Of a stretch of DNA of 64,000 nt, positions 40,381-51,625 are shown piece by piece (the stretch's first letter is position 1; every line of letters begins with the position of its first letter). The position numbers were made by a program, and so were the translations under genes. The notes under the pieces are model-generated. The model searched no databases. It was not told the origin of the DNA and saw only the letters and a list, made by a program, of their open reading frames with translations. The DNA is from Mytilus trossulus (lineage: Eukaryota): contig NC_086376.1 in the NCBI RefSeq assembly GCF_036588685.1, forward strand, positions 83,121,630-83,185,629. The letters are read 5' to 3'.

Positions 40381-41184
40381 TTGTACCGATTGTCTTAATG
40401 TTTTCTCCTGGTGCTCCTGTGCAATTTTTGTAGGACCCAAAATGTACACGTAATCAATAATATTGGAAAACTATTAATGCAAAAAAAATCTGAATAAATT
40501 GAGAGTGTCAGCATTTCATCTCTCTATTTATAATAACAGTCAGTACATATATAGTAGTTCATGATGGTGTGTAAAACAAAACTATTATGCCGCATCATCA
40601 AAGTACCAACACTGACATGACTGACATGTCTGAATTCATTTGTACTATTTACAATGATTTAATCAAAAAACAGTATACGAGGTTCTCTCCTGGAAATAGT
40701 ATACTGTTTATCTATTTTGTCGAATGATTGAATATATTTATAGTTAAACGTCAAGTGACAACTATTTCAGTAACTTAAGTGCGCATTGAGTATATGGGAC
40801 CTCCCATACATAAATATTATAGTCGGCAAAGACAAATCTCTCGATAAATCGGAAGAATTTGACGAGAATGTTGATATTTTTACCACAACGCATTCTTACG
40901 GACACTATACAAATTCTGTTTGAATATTCTGCGGAAAATAGAAAAGTAAATCCAATGCAAACAAGTTGAATAACAATGAAATTTCATGCATGTATAAATT
41001 TATGCATAAAAAATTTAGGAAGGGACAGGCAAAAAACGGGGAACGAAGCAACGTCGACAATGTTGTTGATATCCCGTGATTTGTAACTAATCCAGCACAA
41101 AAGGTCAAGTACAATTAACTGGGTCAAAGATGTAAACACGGGACGATGAATACAAATTCGGAAGGCAAAATGATGTTCCGTAAA

Positions 41185-41480
41185 TAGTTATCAACGGTAC
41201 CAGGATTATAATTTAATACGCCAGACGCGCGTTTCGTCTACATAAGACTCATCAGTGACGCTCAGATCAAAACATTTAAAAAGCCAAACCAATACAAAGT
41301 TGAAGAGCATTGAGGACCCAAAATTCCAAAAAGTTGTGCAAAATACGGCTAAGGTTATCTACTCCTGGGCGTAAGAAAATCCTTAGATTTTCGAAAAATT
41401 CAAAGTTTTGTAAACAGATAATTTATAAAATAAGACAATATAATTGATATTCATGTCAACACCGAAGTGCTGACTACTGT
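41185..41480 (-). mobile_element. Non-LTR retrozyme, family 1, partial monomer with intact hammerhead (41219-41260)
   Basis: Reverse complement of the 354-bp unit; its 3' end reads TTGATAACTA on the minus strand. Confidence 0.85.
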
Positions 41481-41996
41481 AAACACGTGATTTATACTAT
41501 GAAATTTTATTCTTAATATGTATACACTGTATTTAAAAGAATGTGTATGTGATATATATAATTTACACTTTAAACTTTAGTATACTTTAATGAATTTTCC
41601 CCTGGAAATTCAGTAACTAATTACAGGGATACTCGGGCTAATGCTGTAATCCGAGTAAATTGTTAAAACAGCAGATATATAATAAAAGATATTTACTTGG
41701 GGAAAAAAAAAGATATCCCGTGATATAAGAATGTTGTTCCGATGCGTTGGATAACCTTTCTATCTGCCTTCTAATAAATAAAAACTCTCTGTGTGATTGT
41801 ATAGCCGTTTTTTATTTATATAATAATACATGTTTATTGTCAAATAAAAAAAAGAGAATTTGTATAATAGACTTGTACAGTCTAGCAAGTAAATAGTTAA
41901 TGATATCTGTGGAAAAACAATGCGAATGTTGTTTACATATATCAATTAAGGCTCAAGTCTGATAAGAAAACTCTTAAATACGATAATATGTCATAA

Positions 41997-42211
41997 GCGG
42001 ACCTGTCCTCAGGTCTGGTCAATAGCAGACTTGTCCACAGGTCTGGTCAGGAGCAGACCTGTCCACAGGTCTGGTCTGAGGCAGACCTATCTCCAGGACT
42101 GGTCAAAAGCAGACTTGTCCAAGGTCTGGTCTGGGGCAGACCTGTCCTCAGGACTGGTTCAAATTAGACTTGTCCACAGGTCTGGTCTGGAGCAGACCTG
42201 TCGATAGGTCT
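41997..42211. repeat. 28-bp tandem array of palindromic units, about 8 copies
   Basis: GCAGACCTGTCCACAGGTCTGGTC+4 variable nt at 41997, 42025, 42053, 42081, 42109 and onward. Confidence 0.85.
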
Positions 42212-43300
42212 GCAGCAGTCCTAAAAAAGCAGACAGTAGGTCTGGTCAACAAAAGACGAAGTTAACTTGCTTGACTGCTTAAAACTTAGAAAGCAGACAA
42301 TAAGTTAACTTCAAGTTAACTTTTGTCAAGGTTAGGACCGCACCCATCTGAACACAGTTCCATTGTTCTGACAATATTTTCAAAATATTAACAAACCACA
42401 CAACTTATAAACCATATATAAAAGAGAAGGTAACATCACTTTCAAAATTTCTCCATTTACCATTATGCTAGAGTATAAAACATGTAGAAATTTGCAAAAA
42501 AACATTGTTGTCTGCATATGTTTACATTTTCCCTCCTGTTTTAATTTATTTCTCTACAAGAGAACTCCGTAAAGGGGAATAATTTGATTAGATAAATACA
42601 GGACAAGCCAACTTTTCAGGGTCAATTGATTTCAACACAGTGAATTTGCCCACTGATTTTTTTCTTTTCTTGTATTACTGTAATCCATTCTCTCTTTTGA
42701 TATAATTAGCAATATAGGAAATGGCTGCATTTTTTTACAACACCTGATCAAAATAGGCTCTAAAATACCCCTTGTAATGCACTTTTTACCCTTTTTTAGC
42801 TAGGTATATTCATTTTAAGAAAGTTTAATGTTGAACACATTTTTTTTTTGTTTTTTTCAACTGAAGAAAGTATTAAATGTCTGAATTTCTATATTATTTT
42901 TCTTTTATTAGATATAATTTGTAAAAATAGCAATTTCCCTCTTTTTTCCACTTTGAGTCCTGTTACCAAGGAAACGTTAAACATATGGGGTTAAGTGTAG
43001 TAATATTTTTTGTTAAGGTCATATGGCTCTATTGAACTAAAACAGTTTAAAGCAATAATTGTTTAATGCGTGCCGACATATTTTGGTGATTACAGAGAAT
43101 TGCTCTTAAATTCAAAAAAACAATTCATCTTTTACAATTGCTTCAAATGTATGTTCGGATAATTTGCTACATAAACGCAATCATCTGTTTTGATTTCTTA
43201 ATTGTTAAATCCTGAACAACTTTTTTTAACTCTGTCAATTGTTATGGGCAATAAAATAAACAAATGATTCTCAAATATAAAAGAAAATCATAGGTGATGT

Positions 43301-44374
43301 CTACATCTCTACAGGTAACATGCCACTATCTATAAGAAGACAATGGAAGATATTATTTTTCTCTTCAAAAGTGAAAAGATTTCCTTCTGATAAGTTTTGT
43401 AATGAGTCTTTATCGGATACTACTAGTGCTTTGTAAGGCATCACGTATTGCCCCTTCGATAGTCTTGGTTTAGAACAAAATAATATAAGTTCGGCTTTGT
43501 CATGAACAATCTCGATCTGAATGGTCAATATATTTGTGTCATTTTCCAAAAAGTCATAACAGGAAAGATCACTTTGTTCAGAATCGACACAAAATTCCCA
43601 TGTTTCTGAAATTATATCATGGACTTTTGTGCTTTTAGAAAAAACAAATTTATCAAAATTCATGATAAAATTGATAATGAATACTGAACAATGCTCAAAA
43701 TAATGTTTCTCAATTCTGAAGTCTAGACCAAAAACCTGTTTTAAGAGCGGATAATTCTCGCAACATGATAATATCATCTGTTCATTTTCCTGGTCCAAGT
43801 TATAGGATATTGATAACATTTCATTTGCTTGTAAAACACCTAGCATGTCTAAAGCTATTTCTGTATCATTTTTATAATTTGCAATAGCATACATCATTGT
43901 TCTTTCTAACCTGCAGCTTAAAGCAAAGTCCATCGTGTCAGGTGACAGTTCTAAGTATGTATAATCTGAAACGCATTCAGGGATGTCAGATTCGTCTACT
44001 CCCGAAACCATAGGAACAATAACTGGCTGTTTATTTTCGTTCTTCATTTGACCCATCACAGCAAGATTGAGTTCTTTCATACACCATTGACTCTTTAGAA
44101 ATTCCTGCGTCAACAAAACACATATAACAACTGAGCTTTCAAGGCAGTCCTTTATATTTTGAAATATCGAAAATCCTGGTATAAAAACCTCTTCATGTCT
44201 CGCACATACAAATCCTTTTGCCTCCATTAAAGCCTGTATTTGTCTGATAGAAAAACAATCACTCTCGCAGGTTTTATAAAGGAAAAAAATGTGGAAACAT
44301 TTTCCAAAAGGTAAATATTGCTGTTGAACTTCTGTCAATGGTCTTTGGGACGCTTGATATCGCGATAAACTCAT
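43301..44374 (-). CDS. TIR-domain protein (357 aa): N-terminal TIR plus an unrecognised ~190-aa C-terminal region; no signal peptide, TM segment or LRR evident
   Basis: TIR motifs FHIFFLY, GFVCARHEEVFIPG.SIFQNI.DCLESS, VICVLLTQEFLKSQWCMKEL, VIVPMV, IPECV..YTYL. Intact ORF. TTTCAG acceptor 9 nt before the ATG and a candidate donor at ~44547. Confidence 0.9.
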   Translation of the reverse strand: MSLSRYQASQRPLTEVQQQYLPFGKCFHIFFLYKTCESDCFSIRQIQALMEAKGFVCARHEEVFIPGFSIFQNIKDCLESSVVICVLLTQEFLKSQWCMKELNLAVMGQMKNENKQPVIVPMVSGVDESDIPECVSDYTYLELSPDTMDFALSCRLERTMMYAIANYKNDTEIALDMLGVLQANEMLSISYNLDQENEQMILSCCENYPLLKQVFGLDFRIEKHYFEHCSVFIINFIMNFDKFVFSKSTKVHDIISETWEFCVDSEQSDLSCYDFLENDTNILTIQIEIVHDKAELILFCSKPRLSKGQYVMPYKALVVSDKDSLQNLSEGNLFTFEEKNNIFHCLLIDSGMLPVEM

Positions 44375-46512
44375 TGTGTTCGTCTGAAATTAATAAAATA
44401 TTAATAAAAAAAAATGATATTATATGTAAATGAAATTTTGTAATATTCAATCGTGTTAACGAATTCTTTGTCAGTAAGTTTTTTGAAAAACCCACTTGTG
44501 TCAAGATGAGAAAAAAAACCACGGCAGTCCTCACTGAGTATTTCTACCTGTCAACGAGTTTTAACCGAAAGTTACAATATGACTCGAGGAATGATAGCTG
44601 GGCCTACTTGGAAGGATAGTTTAACACATAATGAAATTACAAATAATGCTCTTGAAATTAGTCTATTTGTTTATTCAACTTGTGGGATTTTTTTTTTACA
44701 GTTTATACATTGTAAAGTCTTTCAATGATTCCTCACTATCACATATATTATTATATGCATTTAAAAGATTAAAAGAGGGCCGCAAGATATCAGAGATACA
44801 ATTAAACTCATAGATTGAAAATAAACTGACAAAGCCTTGGCTAAAAAAAGAATATAACTAAATGTAGTACAGTTTCTAACAAGGATATAAAAGTGTCAGC
44901 TTGAAGTAATATTGCAAGAGATTTGTTCTAAAGCTACATAAATAAAAAAACTTCTAGGCAAATTCAATAAACTTGCATAAAATCAAAAGTTCGCAATCAA
45001 TCAACAAAACAAGTAAAACACAACTGCCATGATCCTGATTTGGTACAAGCTTTTCCCGAAGAAAATAGTTCGTTAAACCTGGTCTAATATGTAGCTAAAC
45101 AAAGCTCTTGTATGACAGTTTTGTTTGGGGTTATATCTAAAAAAAAAAATAGATGAGCAACGTAAACATAGTTGGAAGTGTGGTGATCGAAAGCCAACGA
45201 AAATTCACGTTAAATATGATTGAGAGAAAAAGTCAATAACAAAATTATGTCGGTGACGATACTGATCAAAAGAAGGTTAGAATTATTCAACTATAAAAAT
45301 AAAGGTAAGCAAAATAGAACCAAACTTAACAAAGCTATGTGTGTCAGAAATTGCACCTCTGTATGCACGTGCACTGAGAATTATGTGACGGGTTGGATGC
45401 ATAAACAACCTGTCATCTCAAACGTCTGACGACATAAGGATACATTGAAGAACGAAGACACAAAATGGGAAAACTAAAGTTAAATAAAAGATTCATAGCT
45501 TTGGCACCTACAATCTTTAACTCAACACTATCTTGTATTGTTTGCGAAGTAGCTATATATAGAGATTGAATTTCAATGTACCTCCCGATGAACACTTTGA
45601 GAAAAAGGACGAAATGTTCTCTGAAAAAAACCTTGCTTATTAATTTTTTTATCAGAAACAGATGAGGTTTTACTAAGTCTGAGTAACAGCCGCAAATTAT
45701 TGAGTATCATTTCAGTTACGAAATGTGTGCTATATACCAGAATGATCGATCCACTCCCGGGTATGCAGATTTAACAAGGGCGGACATCATGGTACTCGTA
45801 TTGAAATTGCATAGAAAATACAATTCAGTCTCATAGTAGTTCCCTTGTCTAGCATGATCTGTTATTTCTTTTCTTCGCGATCGGTATTGCAAATGAAGGT
45901 AAATACTCAAAATATATTGGGAAATTTGAAACCGGAACACCTACAAAAAGTGTCCGTCCCCTTCATCACTGCATGTGCGTCGTTCGCCAAAACTATTTAA
46001 TGTGTATTTCGATATGAACGCGACCTATTTAATCCAGGACATTCTGTATGCGCCTGTCTAAAGAGAACTGGTAGAAATCCCGTCAGTGGCTTTCTTTAAA
46101 GATTGTATTTTATTCGACCTTTGATCTTGTAGGAGGTATTTAATCATTTTTTAATTTTTTTCACATCTTGTTATCACAGTGTAATGAAATTCTACAGGGC
46201 TTCCTTTTAATTGTTTTACCTATTGCTATGTGCAAATGTTTTCATTTAAATACATATTAGAAGTAGAGCATTTGCATTAATCGAGTATTTACTGGCGTAT
46301 CCGAATCGACGTATCGTATAACACGTATATGAGGAAACGATAAATTAAGTCAAGTTGATCCCGATGAAAATATTATATAATGCGTTTCATTCTTATTGAG
46401 ATCGGGATAAAATCATTATTGTAAGCAAATCTGTTCGATACGTATACGTCGATCCGTGCACGTATCCTAATACGTGAATAATGCAAATACTCTAGTTATC
46501 ATAGTTGAATTA

Positions 46513-46612
46513 TACGGAAGCGTATTAGCGCCACACATTTTTTTTTTCCCTATGTTTGCGTTATAACGCAAACATAGGGAAAAAAAATGTGTGGCGCTAA
46601 TACGCTTCCGTA
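46513..46612. mobile_element. 100-bp loopless palindromic MITE with 6-bp TSD (IS3EU-like)
   Basis: TACGGAAGCGTATTAGCGCC...GGCGCTAATACGCTTCCGTA, flanked by GAATTA at 46507-12 and 46613-18. Confidence 0.85.
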
Positions 46613-48197
46613 GAATTATGTTTATTATCTGGAAATAGGGATTTATGTAAGCACGTTTGTAATGAAACAACTGCATATCTTTCAGTTATCATCTGTTCAA
46701 TACAAAGCATCCACAGAGACAAACTGGTTGATAACAACAAATGATTTGTGGATGGGTAAATCAAGTACAGTTTATTTAGGTACATTATGCAACCAAATAG
46801 ATACGATATAAAATAGGACTTTAAATTCCTCCAGGTTATTTATAGACTGAGATGGAAATTTATTCTCATAAATATAGCTTCGAGTCAGATTAAATTGTAC
46901 TGAAATAATGTTTGCTTTATTTGCTAAAGCGTAAATAACGATTGATAACTGTAAGGATATCACAGAACAAAACTTTACAGATTAGATTGGATTGTTTTCT
47001 AAACAATATGGAGATAAGATTTAACGAAATACATGTACTTATAACAATCAATGAAGTGGTGAATATACCATGTTTATCTGAAACCTGAGCATTATATATT
47101 TCAAACATGCGAGCTTATCATTTGGTTGCATAAGATGGTATTTCTCACTACTTCACAACTTATATTTTAAAAAATATCTAGTTAAAGCAATAAATCTAAC
47201 CGGGTCGTCATGAAATTAGCTTTGACAGAAATTTATGAATGGTGTAGTTGATTTGTGTTAGTTATAGTGCATGCATCTTTAAATTATTATTGTCATTGCT
47301 TGATTTAGCAATGTAAATGTCCTCATTCGAGATGGCAGTTTTATCACAGGGCTATGAGTCAATCAAATTAATGTCATCACTTAAGACATTTTACGGTAGC
47401 CATCATTAGCTGATTGGCCATTATGACAAAAGCGTGTCATAAATCATAACTGATATTCTTCCTCCGGCATAATTACCTTCCATCTTTACCGAACTGAACA
47501 AAGAAATAACACGACAGGTGTCGTATACGGTGCAGGAAATGCTTACCCTTCAGGTTCACATGATTTCACTCCCGGTCTTTAGTGGAGTTCATGTTTTTTT
47601 TTTATCTATAACTGTTGATGTTTTTTAGTCTTTGTTTACTCCTTGGTTTTGATTGTTATTGTCTTAGTACCAGTCTCTTGTTTTCAAGTTGTTGTTATCA
47701 CGGAAAAATACTTCGAAATTGCTCTGACGACAAACGGCTCGTCCCATATAAAAAACTGGATAATTGCCTGTACAAAATGGATGCGATATTTGGCAAAATC
47801 TGGGGTATTTTTGTGATTGCATTACAACCAGACTTCCTTACCATGTCGACAGCCATTACAAACGGATTATACATGCCCTTTAATAATGTAAATATGCCAA
47901 TTCCTATCAGTCTTATCATGTTCTCAGGTCTGTTAACTACTGTTCATCAACATTGCTAAACAAGATTATTACACGGAAATTAAAGAATTTTAATCAATCG
48001 GGATCCTTACGACAATTGCCCGAATTACACAGTTCTAGATTACTTCATTTTAACTGTATTACTGATTTTTAGGTTAAAATGATTTTTAAGACAAAGAAGT
48101 TAGCATACTTGATTCATGTTTACTTACTGAAAATGTCGATTTATGTCCACACTCATATATATCCTGAAAACAAAACAAGTATATTTGTCCCACTTTA

Positions 48198-48665
48198 GGT
48201 GTCAGACCACCAATTACTCCGTCCAGTTTAGAACGTATGTAAAAGTAGACCTACTCTGACACAAAATAGTGCTTTTGATGTCCTTGTTTACTTAAACTAA
48301 CAAACAAATTTGCAGAAATGAAACTTTTGGTGAAAGATAAATATATCTAGATCATTTTGAGCCAAAATTTACTTGTCTATGAGTTTGCATTAAAAATTGA
48401 GGATTAATGCGCTCCATAGTATGCTAATTTTAGATTTCCAGAAAACCAGGTTTTTCTTTTGGAGTACTTCTATTTAAAGGTCAGTTATTTTGTTAGAAGG
48501 CTTTAAAGGTATGCTGAAAATTGGCATGTAGAAAGCTGAAACATGTACAATTCAGGATATACCTGGTTTCTATGAAGTTAAACTTAAGGTAAAATTTTTA
48601 GAAAGCTGTGAAAATTGCAAAATTTGGTTGAACAGATAGGGATTTATAATTGGTGGTCTGACACC
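48198..48665. mobile_element. Kolobok-like MITE A
   Basis: TIR GGTGTCAGACCACCAATTA / TAATTGGTGGTCTGACACC; flanks TTTA / TTAA. Confidence 0.75.
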
Positions 48666-48669
48666 TTAA

Positions 48670-48920
48670 GGTGGTACCTAATACTACAGGGAGATAACTC
48701 TGTAAAATCTGCTAAACGTTTTAATTACGGAATATTAAGCTTCTCAATGATCAAAATAAGTGTTTGTCAAACTGCTATATAACCAGTGTAATTTTTCTGA
48801 TAAAACGTTTGGTTCAAATTTTTTAAAATTTTAATATTTTTGTCAATAAGTAAATACTTTGTCAAAACTTCAAGAAAATTAAACGAGCCAAATTAATTTT
48901 ATTTAGTGTTGGGTACCACC
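48670..48920. mobile_element. Kolobok-like MITE B
   Basis: TIR GGTGGTACCTAATACTA / TAGTGTTGGGTACCACC; TTAA TSD at 48666-69 and 48921-24. Confidence 0.8.
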
Positions 48921-49305
48921 TTAAGAACAATATAAAGAAACCTACTAAATAAATAATGTTATATTTTTGCGTAGATTTTATACAGTTTATTTATGTAAAT
49001 TGTGCAATCGTGTAAATATGATTAAATATAGGACTTTAAGTACCTGTAGTTTATTTATAGATACAGGTAGATATCTATTATCATATATGCAGGTTAAAGT
49101 GAGATAGAATATTGTACCAAAAGTGTAGTCTGTTTTATCTGCTTAAGCGGCAAAATGTTTTTTTTTTTAAAGCCGTTAGGTTATCAGGAAATCAATCCTC
49201 GTCAAGCATGCTCGAGGAGGGAACGTCAGTATTACAGCATTAATCATGAAAAGGAATTATAATATCAAAATGTTTACATGGTATTATTTCTATTAAATAA
49301 CTTTC

Positions 49306-49370
49306 TGACTGATAGGACAATCAGTGACTAATAGGACAATCAATGACTCATAGGACAATCTGTGACTGAT
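49306..49370. repeat. 19-bp tandem repeat, about 3 units
   Basis: TGACTnATAGGACAATCnn repeated. Confidence 0.7.
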
Positions 49371-49599
49371 ACTTTTGCAACAACGACATCGTTCATCAGG
49401 TGCGCTTACCGTATCTTTCAAATGTAAAAGAAAACGTTACGTACTTTAAATTATTTCCATACGTTAAAACCGAAAATAGAATATACGAATATGGGAATGA
49501 TTTTTATATAACAGGGGTAATTGAACATCATAAATATATATATCATATATGTACGTGTGAACTAATGAAAACTCTACAACATATTTGACCATAGGATCA

Positions 49600-49792
49600 C
49601 CAGCAGTGGTGATGATACATAACTGTGTACATTCTTTATATTACACTCGTCTAAACAATAACTCAACCAAATTAGAACTGTTAATTTGCTTTCGCAATTT
49701 TTTAGTTTTTCCCTCGCCGGGATTTGAACTCGTGCTACTGAGATATCGTGACACCAAATCGCCTGCACTGTATACGACGCGCTAGGCACTCG
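49600..49792 (-). mobile_element. tRNA-derived SINE head, next to a (TA)n tract
   Basis: Minus strand reads CGAGTGCCTAGCG (A-box-like) ... GAGTTCAAATCCCGGCGAGGG (B box); related fragment at ~13525-13560. Confidence 0.6.
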
Positions 49793-51040
49793 ATATATAT
49801 ATATATATATATATCTGTCGTAGAGGTGTCACTGGTTCAGACGTACTTCTAATATATATTTTTTCTGTGAATATATCCTACATTAATTTGTAAGATCCTC
49901 TATGATAAATAATTCAGCTGATCTGTAAACAAATCCATCTTCGTGCCTTACATATTTACAATGTACTGTGTCACAACGCTAGATAAAAGTGGCGAGAAAC
50001 GGTAACACACGGCCACTGAAAGCTTAATTTTTGTAGTGGCTTGGTGATTGGTCGTGACACCAATTGCTGTGCTGAAATTTAGACTTGTATATACATAATA
50101 AAAGCAAAAGTAGAATACTAGTGTTCAGAATTTATAAATCGAATGAGAAAAAAAAAGATATCCGGGTTACAAACCAAAACCGAGTCGAACACATCATCTA
50201 TGAAAGGAAAGAATCACCAACAGGATTACCAAAGTGTAACAAAAACACACTATATGATAACAACTGCCATATTCTGGACTTGGTACAGGACATTTTTGAA
50301 AAATAGTGGGTTGATAATGGTTCAATGACTTGCATAACCACCCGATAACCATTAACCAAGAAATCTTGTGACTTTTATAATTTTATTTACATTTCAAATG
50401 TCTATTATCTCATTGCACTCATCATTTAAAAGGTGTTTGGTACATTTAAAAGTTTTAAGTATCTCGAATACACAAGTTTATCATATCAAATTTGAGATAT
50501 TGTCACTTTAAGTACATTTTATTGTGATATTTATATTGTTGATACGCTTGCTTTGGTAGATTGAAACTTGAATAATGGCGGAGAAAGAGAAAAGGTAATT
50601 TTAAAAATACTTTTCATTTCAAAATAGGAATTTATACAAATACTATTTGATCACAAAAAGGTTTAATATTGAAAGAAATTAGATTATATCTATAGATCCG
50701 ATTCCATAAAGGCCAAATTTACTACTGAATTACTTGCATTTAAATTATGTTATAGGTTATTTTCACATTCATTAAAAAACATGTGTGTACATTGAATTGG
50801 TTTGGGTCATTCTATTTTGAATACCTAGTTGAGTGTCCATGTTAAAAAATGTCCTCTGAATTTAAAGTGAACGGAAAAAAATCATACAACTAAATTGATT
50901 GGAAATGTATAGAAAAATCATTGTATCTTTTAATTATGTAATATTTGCTATGTTCTTGTGGTCACATTTTAGTAAAATTTACATGGTTTCCCAAAATAAA
51001 GGGGTTACACGGAGAATCTTTGCCATGAACATGATTATCT

Positions 51041-51625
51041 AAATAAAGACAACAGTAGTATACCGCTGTTCAAAATTCATAATTCGATAGAGAAAAAACA
51101 AATCCGAGTTACAAACTAAAACTGAGGGAAACGCATCAAATATAAGAGAACTGCGACAAAACAGAAACACCTGACATCAAAATGTAACACACGCAGAAAC
51201 GGACTATAATATAACAATGACCATTTCCCTGACTTGGTACAAGGCATTTTAAGATAAAAATGGTGGGTTGGACCTAGTTTTATGGTATGCCAAACCTCCA
51301 TAATGGCAATGTTAATTATAACATTAAAATGACAATATTATATGACAGAACCACAATACAAATGAATGGGAGAAATTAAAGGACAGACTAATAGCCAATA
51401 ACAGGTACCTGGTTAAAACTTTAATACGCCAGTCGTGCGCCACGTCCAAGCAAGACTAACCAACGACGCTCACTTGAAAAAAATTTGAAAGGCAAAGCAA
51501 ATATAATGCCGAAACGCACTGAGGATCAAAAGTTCTAAAAAAAATTGACTGATGCGGCCAGTGTTATCCACCTGGTACAAGAACAACCTTTTTATTTAGA
51601 ATATTACATACTTTTGCAAACAGTA
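51041..51625 (-). mobile_element. Second copy of the composite repeat seen at 211-850
   Basis: AATAAAGACAACAGTAGTATACCGCTGTTC terminus, followed at ~51400-51625 by a decayed retrozyme-like segment. Confidence 0.6.

Larger units (their letters stand above)
38561..42350. mobile_element. 3.8-kb non-autonomous TIR DNA transposon with subterminal repeat arrays
   Basis: TIR CAGATGGGTGCATCCTAACC / GGTTAGGACCGCACCCATCTG; many AAGTTAACTT motifs at both ends; flanks are TA / AA so the TSD is uncertain. Confidence 0.8.

Noticed and set aside
41997-42211. CRISPR-like array of palindromic repeats
   Set aside because: Variable parts are only 4 nt, there are no cas genes, the context is eukaryotic, and it lies in a transposon subterminus
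8435-44374. LRR exons and TIR as one spliced Toll-like receptor gene
   Set aside because: They are on opposite strands and no LRRCT or TM exon was found
44274-44534. ORF MRTAVVFFLILTQVGFS..., resembling a signal peptide, overlapping the TIR start
   Set aside because: It is in a different frame from the TIR ORF, runs through the predicted 5'-UTR intron, and is interrupted in the paralogue
49700-49792. Possible tRNA gene
   Set aside because: Has A/B-box-like motifs but no cloverleaf; a dispersed partial copy points to a SINE
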